From: a virus
Strand: one strand, 5' to 3'
Virus record (IMG/VR): IMGVR_UViG_3300047470_000343
Location: 1-64,000 of that record
Length of the DNA stretch: 64,000 nt
The notes under the pieces were generated by a model, which was not told the DNA's origin, made no database searches, and worked only from the letters and a program-made list of their open reading frames with translations. Position numbers and translations under genes: made by a program. Below are positions 1 through 9,449 of this stretch, one piece after another (the stretch's first letter is position 1; each line of letters opens with the position of its first letter).

Positions 1-42
1 AGTGACGTGACGCGGGCCGTCAGGTGACCGCGTCACGTCACT
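1..42. repeat. 15-bp perfect inverted repeat (AGTGACGTGACGCGG / CCGCGTCACGTCACT)
   Basis: Arms at 1-15 and 28-42; the same GTGAC/GTCAC units recur at 31893-31986. Confidence 0.8.
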
Positions 43-145
43 TCATGGCTTCTTCTCCGGGCAGTTCTTGCTGCAGTTGCAGTAGCCGTGATCGCAGCAG
101 GCGCCGCTGTGCTCGTGTGCCATCGGGCTCCCCGCGCGGCGAACG

Positions 146-1000
146 TCACAGCGCATGGGCGGCCTCGATCTTCACCGCGGGGAAGATGCGGTGCCTGCGG
201 GCGATGTCGTCGAGCGCCATGCGGGTGTGGTCGAGGAGCGGGCGGACCTCCACCGGGGGGCGGACCTCCACGGCGATACCGAGGTCGGAGGTCGGCTCGG
301 GCGGGGGCGCCTGGTGGTCGAGGGGGCAGCACTCGGCATGCACCGCGTGGTAGTAGGCGCTGGTGAGCCGGATCGCTTCCAGTTCCGTGGTGGGCCCGCT
401 GGTGAGCGCGGCCATGAGCGGGAACACAGGGTGCCCGTCATGGGCGACGGCGGGCATACAGCCTTGCTCGCCCGTCACGGCCATGCGGCGGCGCAGCTCG
501 TTGCGGGCGTTCATGGCCCGGGTCAGGCGCTCCCGGAGCTCGGTCACCTCTTCCCCGGACTCGCGGGCCTTCAGCGCCCACTGGTGGGCTGTGGCCACGA
601 ACTGGATGAGCGAGGGCCACGGCGTGGACGCGGCGACCTGGAGCGTGTTCGCGAGGGCCTGGCGGCGCATCTCGTCCGCTCCGGCGGCCGGCTGGATGAC
701 CGGGCCCGTCATCGCGGCGAGCCGGTCCTCGGCTTCCTGCGCGCGGGTCTCGGCCTCCTGAACGGCGCTGTCGGTCGCGTCACGGACGCTCTTGAGTGCG
801 TCCGTCGTCTGCGTGAGGGAGCGGCGGGTCGCATCCGCGATGCGGATCTCCTCGCGCGTGTACGCGGCGACGATCGCGGACTCCTGCGGGCTGAGGGCGA
901 CGCCGCGTTCCATGCGGTCGAGGTAGACGCCGAGGGCGGCGCGGCGGTCGTTGCGGTCGTAGGTCTGCGGCTTGGGCGCGCGCTGTCCGCGGTGGCTCAC
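146..1000 (-). CDS. hypothetical coiled-coil protein
   Basis: GTG start with GGAG RBS, overlaps the upstream stop; helical E/R/A-rich segments. Confidence 0.7.
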   Translation of the reverse strand: MSHRGQRAPKPQTYDRNDRRAALGVYLDRMERGVALSPQESAIVAAYTREEIRIADATRRSLTQTTDALKSVRDATDSAVQEAETRAQEAEDRLAAMTGPVIQPAAGADEMRRQALANTLQVAASTPWPSLIQFVATAHQWALKARESGEEVTELRERLTRAMNARNELRRRMAVTGEQGCMPAVAHDGHPVFPLMAALTSGPTTELEAIRLTSAYYHAVHAECCPLDHQAPPPEPTSDLGIAVEVRPPVEVRPLLDHTRMALDDIARRHRIFPAVKIEAAHAL

Positions 1001-1161
1001 TGGCCCGTCTCCTTGTTGGTGCGGCACCGGCAGGTGGCCGAGCACTCGGGGATGTCGAGGGGGATCCGCTCGCCGGCCGTCGGGGCGGCTTCTTCCGCGG
1101 GGAGTCGGGAGGCCACGTAGTCGAGCAGGCCGTCGAGGGATGCGGGGCGCTTCACGGTCAT
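997..1161 (-). CDS. small hypothetical protein
   Basis: MTVKRPASLDGLLDYVA; AGGA RBS; coupled to neighbours. Confidence 0.5.
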   Translation of the reverse strand: MTVKRPASLDGLLDYVASRLPAEEAAPTAGERIPLDIPECSATCRCRTNKETGQ

Positions 1162-1282
1162 GGGGTGCGGGTCCTTCGGCTGGGCGGGGCAGTGAGGGGG
1201 CGGAGAGCGGCGGCCAGGAGGTGAGCGGCGATGCGGGGCGCGAGCTCGCACAGGGCGAGCGGCCACAGCAGCAGCGCGGACA

Positions 1283-1660
1283 TCAGCGGCGGCGCGGGCT
1301 GAGAGCCTTGGGCGCGGCCGGGGCGGGGGCCTTCGGCGGAGCAGCGATCTTCGGGGCGGCGGGCACCTTCGCGGCGGGCCGCTTCACGGTTGCCCCCGGG
1401 CGCGGCTTCGTCCCGGTGTGCGGGACCGTGCCGGAGCCGGTGCCGTGGTGCGATCCGGCGCCGTACAGCACGCACGGCCGGACACCGGACGGGACCATGT
1501 CCACTCCTGCAGCGCGGGACACCGGGCAGAGCGGCAGATCGTCGTCATCGTCGCCCGAGCTCACGACCAGGATCGCGCACGCGACGAGCACGAACAGTGC
1601 GGCGATACCGGCCAGGACCAGAGTCGAGTCCGGGCGGCGACGGTTGTAGTGGTTGTACAC
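1283..1660 (-). CDS. membrane-anchored protein with Pro/Lys/Ala-rich tail
   Basis: TM segment LVLAGIAALFVLVACAILVV; GAGAGG RBS. Confidence 0.65.
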   Translation of the reverse strand: MYNHYNRRRPDSTLVLAGIAALFVLVACAILVVSSGDDDDDLPLCPVSRAAGVDMVPSGVRPCVLYGAGSHHGTGSGTVPHTGTKPRPGATVKRPAAKVPAAPKIAAPPKAPAPAAPKALSPRRR

Positions 1661-1683
1661 CTGGTGCCTCTCTCGGGTGGTTC

Positions 1684-2121
1684 CTACAGGAGGGGTTGCG
1701 GCCACTGCTCGGCGTAGCCCAGGTCGCCGGGGAAGCCGCCCAACTTGTCGGGGGTGAGCACCTGCCAGACCACGGTGTCCGCGGGCAGGCTGAGGAATGC
1801 GGGATCGCCTACGCGGCGGAGCCGTACGCGGTAGCCGCCGTTCAGTACGCGGTCGAGCTCCAGGCCCTCGGCGGGGTCGAGGAAGTCGTCCGTGAGCTGT
1901 TCGCCGGTCTTCTCGATGACGTGCAGCGCGAGCCAGCAGCCGAGTCCGGTGGTGGCCAGTTCGAAGGCGCGGCCGGGCCGGGTGGCCAGGCCCTCGCTGT
2001 ACGTGCACGGCGGCAGGCCGCCATCGGGGTCGTGGACGTGGTGGACGGTGTGCCACGGCAGCCGGTCCGAGAGCCCGGACACAGAGATCTCCGGGGCAGG
2101 GAGTTCGGTGAGGGTGCCCAT
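1684..2121 (-). CDS. DUF4262-like protein
   Basis: YSEGL..ELATTGL and WQVLTPDKLGGFPG resemble DUF4262 motifs. Confidence 0.65.
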   Translation of the reverse strand: MGTLTELPAPEISVSGLSDRLPWHTVHHVHDPDGGLPPCTYSEGLATRPGRAFELATTGLGCWLALHVIEKTGEQLTDDFLDPAEGLELDRVLNGGYRVRLRRVGDPAFLSLPADTVVWQVLTPDKLGGFPGDLGYAEQWPQPLL

Positions 2122-2579
2122 CAGTGGGCCCCGGGGAGCAGCGCGTACGTGAGGGCCATGGCGACGGCGCGGCCCTCGGGTCCGCTGGTGCGGTCGAGGC
2201 GCGCGGCCTCGGCCTGGGCGTGCCCGTACGACGTGCTCAGCGCTTCGAGGCGGTTCCGGAGGTACGCGACGGTGTTGGCGTGGTCGAGTTCGGCGCACAT
2301 GGAGGCGGCCGCCATGGAGCGGACCAGGAGGCCGGCGAGCTGCATGCGCATGTCGGCGGTGGCGTGCCCGAGGACCCACAGCAGGTGTCCGCCGGTGGTC
2401 ATCGGGTCGTGCGGGCCGCAGGGTTCTTCTCCGGCGCGGAGCCGGGCGACTTCGGCGCGCAGCAGGTCGAGTTCGGCGGTGAGCTCTCTGCGGGTCCTGC
2501 GCGGCTCGGCGGCCGCCGCGGTGTCCTCGGTGTCCGTCTCGACGGGCAGGGCTGCGGCTTCGGTCTCGGTGGCGCTCAT
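2121..2579 (-). CDS. hypothetical protein
   Basis: MSATETEA start with AAGGA RBS; stop overlaps the next start. Confidence 0.65.
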   Translation of the reverse strand: MSATETEAAALPVETDTEDTAAAAEPRRTRRELTAELDLLRAEVARLRAGEEPCGPHDPMTTGGHLLWVLGHATADMRMQLAGLLVRSMAAASMCAELDHANTVAYLRNRLEALSTSYGHAQAEAARLDRTSGPEGRAVAMALTYALLPGAH

Positions 2580-2658
2580 GGGGTCCTTTCCCGGAGTGCG
2601 GTGGCTGTCGGGTAGACGGAGTGGGGTGCCCGATGCGTTACAGCCGGGCGTGCCGGGG

Positions 2659-2871
2659 TCATTGGCCGCGGGCCTCGATCTCTTCGGCGGCGTAGGCGGC
2701 GAGGCCTTGGAGGAGCCCGGTGGGCAGGGAGCGCAGGAGTCCGCGCATGCGGTCGAGGTCGTTGAAGAAGCCGATGGCTTCGATGCCGGGGGAGTAGTCG
2801 CCGAGGCCGGGCGCAGCGGCGCAGACGGGGACGCGGTCGGTGCCGACGTTGATGCTCGGGCCGAGAGCCAT
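2659..2871 (-). CDS. hypothetical protein
   Basis: MALGPSINVG start with AAGGA RBS. Confidence 0.55.
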   Translation of the reverse strand: MALGPSINVGTDRVPVCAAAPGLGDYSPGIEAIGFFNDLDRMRGLLRSLPTGLLQGLAAYAAEEIEARGQ

Positions 2872-2929
2872 GAGAGGGGTGTCCTTCCGGTCGCGGCCCG
2901 GGGCGATGTCCCCGGGCTGGCTGCGGGTG

Positions 2930-3898
2930 TCAGGTGTTGTCGGGCAGGGCGAGGACGGCCGCGGTGAACGTGCGGGCGATGGCCAGAGCTGGGCGGCGCC
3001 AGTGCGGGGAGCGGCAGATGAACTCCCAGTCGCCTTCGAGTAGGGCGACGTACTGCTTGCCCTCGAAGCCGGGGACCTGCCCGGGGTGGTGCGCGCCGTT
3101 GACGTCGACGAGCTTCCCGTCGGGGCGGACGACGACAACGTGTTCGAGGCGGCAGGCGCACAGTTCGTCGTCGCGGCTGTCGTCGCACAGGTCGGGGTCG
3201 TAGGAGCACTCGTCGGAGATGAGCACGGCCATGGGCCAGCCGGTGACGCCGGACAGTGCGCGTGCCATGGCGTGGCACTGGCCGCTGGTGAACGCGTTAC
3301 GGGCCTGGTCGTCGAGTTGGCCGGTGACGACGGTGAACGTCTCGCCGTCCGCGCCGGGGAACGTGACCTTCTGGCCGGGCGGGAGCGGGTACAGGGCTTC
3401 GAGCCGTCCCATGGCAGCGTCCAGGAAGTCGGCCGCCTCGATGGACACGGTGGTGCGGGCGTCGTCGTACTCGGTGTAAAAGTCCTCGTCCGCGTCGCCG
3501 GACGGGTCGCGGTACTTGTCCAGTGAGGCCTTGTGTTGGTTCGCGAGCTCCCGGAACTCGGCGAGGAGTTCGAGGACTGCGGCCTCTCGGGGTCCGGTGG
3601 CGTCCGCGGGCCGGCGGCCGGGCACGGCGTCGTCGGGGAGCAGCAGCGGCACGGGCTCAGGCGCGGTGACGTCGATGGCGGGAGGGAAGGCGGGCGGCTC
3701 GTCTCCGCGGTCTTCGCGGTCCGCACTGTTGTCGCGTTCGACGCGGTGCAGGATGACGTCCGCGGTCTCGGGGTCGAAGCACAGGAGGAGATCGGTGATC
3801 AGGTCGGAGGCCTGCCAGTCCTTGGGCTCGTGTATCTCGCCTTCACCGGTGCGGGTTGCGTACACGACGAGGGCCACGATGGCGTTCTCGCGGCTCAC
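2930..3898 (-). CDS. multidomain protein with C-terminal Cys-His-Asp (papain/transglutaminase-like) domain
   Basis: FTSGQCHAMARAL..GW..EHVVVVRPDGKLVDVNG. Confidence 0.6.
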   Translation of the reverse strand: MSRENAIVALVVYATRTGEGEIHEPKDWQASDLITDLLLCFDPETADVILHRVERDNSADREDRGDEPPAFPPAIDVTAPEPVPLLLPDDAVPGRRPADATGPREAAVLELLAEFRELANQHKASLDKYRDPSGDADEDFYTEYDDARTTVSIEAADFLDAAMGRLEALYPLPPGQKVTFPGADGETFTVVTGQLDDQARNAFTSGQCHAMARALSGVTGWPMAVLISDECSYDPDLCDDSRDDELCACRLEHVVVVRPDGKLVDVNGAHHPGQVPGFEGKQYVALLEGDWEFICRSPHWRRPALAIARTFTAAVLALPDNT

Positions 3899-4185
3899 TG
3901 GGCGGTCTCCTGCGGCTCGTCGCGCAGTGCGGCCATGGCGGCGATGACGGCCCGGGAGACGCTGCCGAGGAACGGGCCGTGTTCCCCGCCGGTGCGTTCG
4001 GCGAAGCGGGCGTTGGCGAGCCCCATGAACCGTGACGTGGGTTCGGTGCCGCCGGTGATGAGCACGGACAGCATGTCGGGCGTGGCCTGGTTGAGGTCTG
4101 CGGCCATCTCCCGGACGACGGGATGGTCGGTGAGGTCGCGTACGGACTGGTCGAATCCTGGGCTGATGGCGGTGACGGTTGTCAT
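3895..4185 (-). CDS. hypothetical protein
   Basis: ATG with GGAG RBS; overlaps the next start. Confidence 0.65.
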   Translation of the reverse strand: MTTVTAISPGFDQSVRDLTDHPVVREMAADLNQATPDMLSVLITGGTEPTSRFMGLANARFAERTGGEHGPFLGSVSRAVIAAMAALRDEPQETAQ

Positions 4186-4382
4186 CGGGTGGTGCTCCGT
4201 TCGCTGCGCGGTCCGGTGATGGCGCGGCGCAGCGTGTGGGGCGGGCACGGCTTACGTCGCGCGGTCCCGGCCGGGGTGCGGAGCACACGGGAGCGCCCCC
4301 GGGCCGGCTGTCGGCTCGGGGGCGCAGGAAGGTGACGGGCGGGGTGTCAGTCGGCGTCGCCGCGGGCGCCGGAGCGGCCCAT

Positions 4383-4402
4383 CCCGTCTCGCTCGTGACG
4401 GG
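4383..4402 (-). promoter_or_regulatory. ACGAGCGA-loop hairpin, copy 1
   Basis: CCCGTC-ACGAGCGA-GACGGG, intergenic. Confidence 0.75.
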
Positions 4403-4445
4403 CCGGGGCCCCGGCCGGAGTGCCGGCCGGGGCGCAGCGGGTGTG

Positions 4446-4745
4446 TCAGTTGTTGTGGGCGGCGACGAGCGCGCGGGCTTCCAGCCGGGCGTCGGCCCAG
4501 TCCCGTATGAGGGCGGCCCCGGCGTTACCCGCGGCTTCTCCGGCCGGTGCGCCGGACTCCAGCGCGGCCAGGAAGCGCCGCGCGGTCACCTCCAGCACGG
4601 ACGGGAGGGTGAACACGGCCACCAGGTCTTCAAGGGACAGGTGGGGCCATTCCTCGTGCAGGGCGCGGGCGGCCAACCCGACGATCCGGCCGACGTCTTC
4701 GCCGAGTTTCTGGGCCTGCTGTGCGGTGAGTGGAGCGGAGTACAT
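4446..4745 (-). CDS. hypothetical protein
   Basis: MYSAPLTAQQ start with GAAGG RBS. Confidence 0.65.
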   Translation of the reverse strand: MYSAPLTAQQAQKLGEDVGRIVGLAARALHEEWPHLSLEDLVAVFTLPSVLEVTARRFLAALESGAPAGEAAGNAGAALIRDWADARLEARALVAAHNN

Positions 4746-4818
4746 CGTGGGGCCTTCCGGTCGGTGCAGAGGGGAACGGGGAGCGCCCCGGCCGGAATGC
4801 AGGCCGGGGCGCAGGGGG

Positions 4819-5775
4819 CTACTGGCGGAAGGCCACGTTCTCGATGAACTCGATGGCGTTCTCCGTGTCCTCGAAGAGGTCCACCGGCGTCTCCCCGTCG
4901 CCGCTGATGAACACGGGGGCGCAGGTGGGCGGTACGAACTCGCCGTTGGCGTCCTTGCGGAAGATGCTCCAGCCGGTGTGTTCGTCCACGGGGTGGAACA
5001 GGGAGTGGGAGCGGTCGGCGATCTCCAGCGTTCCGGTGCCGCCGATGCGGTCGAGGTCGACGACCAGGAGCTCACCCCACGTCGGGTCGGCTTCCACGTG
5101 GAAGGGGATTCCGCGGGCGGCGAGGGTGGCGCCGAGGATGGCGCCCGGCCGGGAGTCGGGCAGGAAGTTGGCGATGGCTGCGGCGGCGGCCGCCGAGTCG
5201 GTGAGGCAGTCGACGCGCTCTGTGCCGTTGCCCGAGGAGTACAGCGGCCTGAGACCGTCGACGGGCGCGCCGTCGCCGTCGTAGAGGGCGATCACCCAAC
5301 CGGTGTGCTCTTCGGGGGCGTGCTCGGTCATCGGGGCGCGGTCCGCGATGAACAGGGCGTGCCCGTGGATGGTGAGCGGGACGGCGTAGGCGTACTCGTG
5401 GCGCTCGGGCTCGATGCCGTGGATGGTCAGCGCGGCGAGCAGCACCGTTCCGGCGGTCTTCGGCGCCGGGGTGTCGTCCTTGAGGGCGGCGACGGCTTCG
5501 GCGTAGGGCAGGATGCCCGCCTTCCGCGCGGCCTTGTCGATGCGGGCTTCGAGCTCGGCGGCGATGCGCTTGCCGAGGAAGCTGAGGACGAACCAGTTGA
5601 AGCCGCCGCGCCGGTTGCGGACTTCGCGGAGCAGCTTCTTCGAGTACAGGGCGTCAAGGGTGCGCCGGTGGACCGCGTACGGCACGCGGCCGTCGACGGC
5701 GGCGGCGGTCGAGAGGACCGCGTCACGCTGCTTGGGCGTCATGCCCGTGATGATCTTTGCGAGGTACGCGCTCAT
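4819..5775 (-). CDS. hypothetical protein with tandem duplicated ~100-aa domain
   Basis: Two copies of IADR..H..EHTGW....D..G......SG.G...VD. Confidence 0.8.
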   Translation of the reverse strand: MSAYLAKIITGMTPKQRDAVLSTAAAVDGRVPYAVHRRTLDALYSKKLLREVRNRRGGFNWFVLSFLGKRIAAELEARIDKAARKAGILPYAEAVAALKDDTPAPKTAGTVLLAALTIHGIEPERHEYAYAVPLTIHGHALFIADRAPMTEHAPEEHTGWVIALYDGDGAPVDGLRPLYSSGNGTERVDCLTDSAAAAAAIANFLPDSRPGAILGATLAARGIPFHVEADPTWGELLVVDLDRIGGTGTLEIADRSHSLFHPVDEHTGWSIFRKDANGEFVPPTCAPVFISGDGETPVDLFEDTENAIEFIENVAFRQ

Positions 5776-5815
5776 GGCGTGCCCTTTCTGATGGTTCGGA
5801 GCGGTTTTACCGGCC

Positions 5816-5861
5816 GCCTCGCTCGTGGCTTCCGATATGAGAACTGTACTCCATATCAACA
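5816..5861 (-). promoter_or_regulatory. early leader: TGTTGATATGG box, TACAGT -10-like hexamer, ACGAGCGA hairpin copy 2
   Basis: Aligns with the leaders at 8860 and 13470. Confidence 0.75.
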
Positions 5862-5901
5862 GACGGGGGGAGGGGTACGCCGCGATCTCTGCAACAGATC
5901 G

Positions 5902-6492
5902 TCAGCGGACGCGCCCCCGCGCCCACTCCAGTACCTCGGCGCGCCGATCCGCCACAAGCGGCCACCGGTGCGCCCCGAGCGCGGCCCCGCCATCCCCCGG
6001 CGCCGGATACCGGTGCACCGTCAGCGTTCCCCCGGGGAACACCTCGCACGGCTCGGAGATCTCGAACACCACCCGGGCCCGTCCGATGCGCCGTACCCAC
6101 GCGTACGACACGGCCCCGTGCTCCGGCACCTTGAACCGGGCCGGACCGATGCGCAGCCGGTAGCGGTCACAGGCGGAGACGACCGCGGGATGCCCGTGCT
6201 CGCCCGCCCAATGCCCGCACCGTCCGCACTCCGCCGTCCGCGGCGGCCGCGGGCACGGAGCGGCGAGCAGCACCCGGCGGCCGGCGGGCGGGTACTCCAG
6301 GCGCACCGCACCGTCCGGCGCCCGCACTTCCGTACGCCCGCCCGTACGGGACACCACCGCCACCAGGGCGCGCACCGCAGCCCGGGACACCGGCACGGCC
6401 CGCTCGGGCTCCCACGCGGCAGACAGGCCGTACGCGTCGCGGTCGACGTCCAGCGGCCCGGCCATGGGGCGATCAGGGGCAGCGGCAGTCAC
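5902..6492 (-). CDS. hypothetical protein with CxxC-H putative metal site
   Basis: CGRCGHWAGEH; GAAGGA RBS. Confidence 0.55.
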   Translation of the reverse strand: MTAAAPDRPMAGPLDVDRDAYGLSAAWEPERAVPVSRAAVRALVAVVSRTGGRTEVRAPDGAVRLEYPPAGRRVLLAAPCPRPPRTAECGRCGHWAGEHGHPAVVSACDRYRLRIGPARFKVPEHGAVSYAWVRRIGRARVVFEISEPCEVFPGGTLTVHRYPAPGDGGAALGAHRWPLVADRRAEVLEWARGRVR

Positions 6493-6563
6493 AGAACCAT
6501 CCTTCCGGAACACGGGAACGCCCCGCCCGTGCGCAGGGCACGACCGGGGCGCAGCGGGCGCGT

Positions 6564-7067
6564 TCAGCGCAGGGCACGGCGCGGAGTCCGCGGTACCCGG
6601 GCGACCACCCGGGCGGCCGCGGTGACGGGCGCAGCCGCGGTGACGGGCGCAGCCTCCGGCACGGGGGCGGGCTTCTCCTCGCGCGGCGCGTACCGGGAGA
6701 GGATCCGCTCTATCGCGGCCGCGGCCGTCCGGTCCTTGGAGTGCAAGTCACGCTCCCACCAAGCGGGCAGCGGCATCCCGCGCCGCTTCTCGTACTCCCC
6801 CAGGTAACCGAGGTCGCCCCACTCCGCACCGTCCGGGTAGTGCGTCCAGCACACCCAGCCGTACGCGTTCAGCTCCGCGTCGAGCTCCGTGACGACCAGA
6901 TGCCCCCACGGGGAGAAGTAGACGACGCACGGCGCCTTCTCCGGGGCCGGGCGCTCCTCCTTCGGCATCAGCTTCCGCAGCACGGCACTGCCCGGGAAGA
7001 AGGCGTGACCGCGCAACCGGCGCTGTGTCTCGAACAGCGGCCAACTCGACTCGGGGTGGAAGCGCAT
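6564..7067 (-). CDS. DUF2958-like protein
   Basis: YFSP..VTELD..YGWV..EWG..L.E..ERDLH pattern. Confidence 0.65.
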   Translation of the reverse strand: MRFHPESSWPLFETQRRLRGHAFFPGSAVLRKLMPKEERPAPEKAPCVVYFSPWGHLVVTELDAELNAYGWVCWTHYPDGAEWGDLGYLGEYEKRRGMPLPAWWERDLHSKDRTAAAAIERILSRYAPREEKPAPVPEAAPVTAAAPVTAAARVVARVPRTPRRALR

Positions 7068-7122
7068 GGGGTTCTCCATTCGGTGGCAGACAGCCGGCCC
7101 GGGGCGCAGCAGGGCGCCCGGG

Positions 7123-7338
7123 TCAGTCGTCGTCGAGTTCTGCGGTGTAGTTGGACTCAGCGCGCGCCAGGACCGCGAGGCCGCTTGCGGGGGCCTCCGT
7201 GTCGGCAAGGTGCGCGAGATCGGCGATCAGATCGGCGATGTCGTCGCCATGGCGCTCCCCGTACAGCTCCCACGCTGCTCGGGCGCGCTCGCCGCGCGAC
7301 TGGGGACTGTCGTTCACGTCCCGGGCGATGTCGTCCAT
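7123..7338 (-). CDS. small hypothetical protein (DLIADLAHLAD motif)
   Basis: GGAGG RBS; resembles the N-terminus of 2930-3898. Confidence 0.65.
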   Translation of the reverse strand: MDDIARDVNDSPQSRGERARAAWELYGERHGDDIADLIADLAHLADTEAPASGLAVLARAESNYTAELDDD

Positions 7339-7442
7339 GGGGGTTCCCTCCGTCGTACGGGCCCGGCGGGCGCCGGGGGCGGAGGGATGATGCAGGGGCG
7401 CGACGGTCAGCGTCGCGCCCCCGGGCCGGCGGTCGGGCGCAG

Positions 7443-8288
7443 CTACGGCCGGGTCAGGTAGTCGGCGATGTACGCGGCCACCCGCTCCGTCTCCCTGTAC
7501 GGCACGGTGAGCAGCGTCTCCGCCCACTTGCCCGCGCTGACGACGGACACCTGCCAGTCCGCCCGGCGGGCGCCGACCAACTCGTCCACGAACACCTCAT
7601 CGGCGCCGTCGACCAGGACGTCAGCGGTCAGGTACAGGCCGTTCTCGTCGCCGCCGTCGACCTGCGCGAGCGGGATGTGCAGCCACGAGTTCCCGCAGTC
7701 GTCATCGGTGTCCGCGGTGATGCCGTACGGCGCGAGCGCGGCCCGCATGGCGAACTCGGGGGTGTCGTCCATGTGCAGGGTGATCCGGTGCGCTTCCATC
7801 CGCCCCATCGAGTAGTAGGCGCCTTCCAGCGGGGGGAGCAGCGGGGAGCGGTCGGCGCCGCGGTACTCCTCGGCCCCGCGGGCGATCAGCCGCTGTACGT
7901 CGGACTGAACCTCCGGCTCGTCGCGCCAGTCCTCCCACTCCCACAGGTCGCCGATCAGGTACCGGCCCCACGGGTCGGGCGTGATGACCTTCCGGCCGCC
8001 CACGCCGTCGTTCTCGATCGTCCACTCGAAGGTGAGCGTGCCGTCCTCGGCGAACTCCCCGTACATGTGGCACTCGTCCTCGTGCAGGTCCTTCACGATC
8101 TGCTCGGCCGTCTCGCGGCTGAACAGGTGCTCGCTGCGCTCCGTCCACACGGAGCGCACCGGCAGACCGACGTACGGGCCGTAAGACGACTCCAGCACGG
8201 TGAACATCTGGGCGCTGAACAGCTCCCCCGTGGAGTGCCGGGGAACGGTCACCGCGGGCGGGGCGGGGAACAGTGCGGTCTGAGACAT
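7443..8288 (-). CDS. hypothetical acidic protein
   Basis: 281-aa ORF with GAGGA RBS; C-terminal domain resembles those of 4819-5775 and 14433-15428. Confidence 0.75.
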   Translation of the reverse strand: MSQTALFPAPPAVTVPRHSTGELFSAQMFTVLESSYGPYVGLPVRSVWTERSEHLFSRETAEQIVKDLHEDECHMYGEFAEDGTLTFEWTIENDGVGGRKVITPDPWGRYLIGDLWEWEDWRDEPEVQSDVQRLIARGAEEYRGADRSPLLPPLEGAYYSMGRMEAHRITLHMDDTPEFAMRAALAPYGITADTDDDCGNSWLHIPLAQVDGGDENGLYLTADVLVDGADEVFVDELVGARRADWQVSVVSAGKWAETLLTVPYRETERVAAYIADYLTRP

Positions 8289-8391
8289 GGGGTCGGGCGT
8301 CCTCTCGAAAGGGTCTGCGGGTGACGTGCGGGGCCCGGCGGGCGGGGCGCAGCGCGCACGATGGGCGCTGCGCCCGACAGCCGGCCGCGGG

Positions 8392-8670
8392 CTACTTCGC
8401 GTTGTCGCGGAGCCACTTGCAGGCGGGCTTGAACCCCTGCTCGCAGTCGTCGGCCTTCGCGTCGACCCATCCGTCGTTGTAGTCGGTGACCGGGTCGTGG
8501 CGCTCGACCGTGCTCGTCACCGTCGGGCGGGGCGCGCCGCCGTCGTCGGAGAAGGCGGCCGAGATGGACGCGCAGAGTGCGAGTGCGGTGATGGCGACGA
8601 TCAGCGCGGCCGTGCAGATGGCTTCCACGCGCTGCTTGATCTGCTGGGCGCGGCTACGGGTGCGGTTCAT
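8392..8670 (-). CDS. small membrane-anchored protein
   Basis: TM segment ICTAALIVAITALALCASI. Confidence 0.6.
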   Translation of the reverse strand: MNRTRSRAQQIKQRVEAICTAALIVAITALALCASISAAFSDDGGAPRPTVTSTVERHDPVTDYNDGWVDAKADDCEQGFKPACKWLRDNAK

Positions 8671-8714
8671 CACGGTTCGACTCTCTTTCGGTCGTTTGGG
8701 AGCGGACCGGAACG

Positions 8715-8793
8715 GCTCTGCTCGCTCGTGCAGCGCCGTCCCGGCATACCTAATCGTAGTTGCCCCATAGGCCAACTGACAACCACATCAACA
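8715..8793 (-). promoter_or_regulatory. leftward early leader: TGTTGATGTGG box and ACGAGCGA hairpin copy 3
   Basis: GCGCTGC-ACGAGCGA-GCAGAGC at 8715-8736; box at 8783-8793. Confidence 0.7.
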
Positions 8794-8859
8794 CGATTGA
8801 CCGAGACGAGCCCTCAGAGGCGCGAATTCCCGGGATTTCGGCGCAGGGGTGTTGCTCCC

Positions 8860-8948
8860 TGTTGATGTGGGGTACGTTTCTTCATGTCGAAAGGCACGAG
8901 CGAGCCGGACGACACCGCTCCCGAACACCCACCAGGAAGGGGCCCACC
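8860..8948 (+). promoter_or_regulatory. rightward early leader: TGTTGATGTGG box, TACGTT, ACGAGCGA hairpin copy 4
   Basis: GGC-ACGAGCGA-GCC at 8893-8906; ~90-nt similarity to the 13470 and 5861 leaders. Confidence 0.75.
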
Positions 8949-9200
8949 ATGGCCGCCGTCACCCTCGCGAAGCGCACCCCGTACGTCGTCATCACCACCG
9001 ACTCCGGCGACGTTCTCGCCGTAGAGCCCCGACTCGCCAACCCCCTGGACCGCGAGGCGCAGTTCATCGACGCGTTCGTGCACTGCCTGAACCTGCGCGA
9101 GGTCGACGCCACCAGCCCCGCCGACGCCGAAGCCCAGGTACGCGCCGCACTCGACGCCGAAGCCCGCGGCATGACGTCCATCCCGCTCGACCGGATCTGA
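8949..9200 (+). CDS. hypothetical protein
   Basis: GGAAGGGG RBS, ATG. Confidence 0.65.
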   Translation: MAAVTLAKRTPYVVITTDSGDVLAVEPRLANPLDREAQFIDAFVHCLNLREVDATSPADAEAQVRAALDAEARGMTSIPLDRI

Positions 9201-9257
9201 CACCCCACCGGGGCGCACCACCCGGTGCGCCCCCGCCGATCCGGAAAGAGCCGCACC

Positions 9258-9449
9258 GTGAAGATCCGCCTCCCGTTCTGCAAGCACTGCCGCGCGGCGC
9301 TCGTCTCCCCCTGCTCCCCGGGCGAGACGGAGCCGTATTTCGACCTCGAACCCGGCGAACCCGTCCCGGACTGCGAGCCCGGCAAGACCCACACCGTCAT
9401 CTGGGCCGCCGTCCGCGAAGAGGACATGGGCCTTCCCCTTCCCCGCTAG
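9258..9449 (+). CDS. small Cys-rich hypothetical protein
   Basis: CKHC..C..C..H; GTG start. Confidence 0.5.
   Translation: MKIRLPFCKHCRAALVSPCSPGETEPYFDLEPGEPVPDCEPGKTHTVIWAAVREEDMGLPLPR

Noticed and set aside
4420-6807. 795-aa plus-strand ORF and similar long antisense ORFs (e.g. 58900-61254, 22733-24553, 32102-34072)
   Set aside because: Shadow frames of high-GC genes on the opposite strand; Arg/Gly/Pro-rich with no motifs
8862-8890. TTGATG as a canonical -35 element
   Set aside because: No good -10 at 16-18 bp spacing; the conserved TACNNT lies only 5 bp after the hexamer, so the box is treated as an operator
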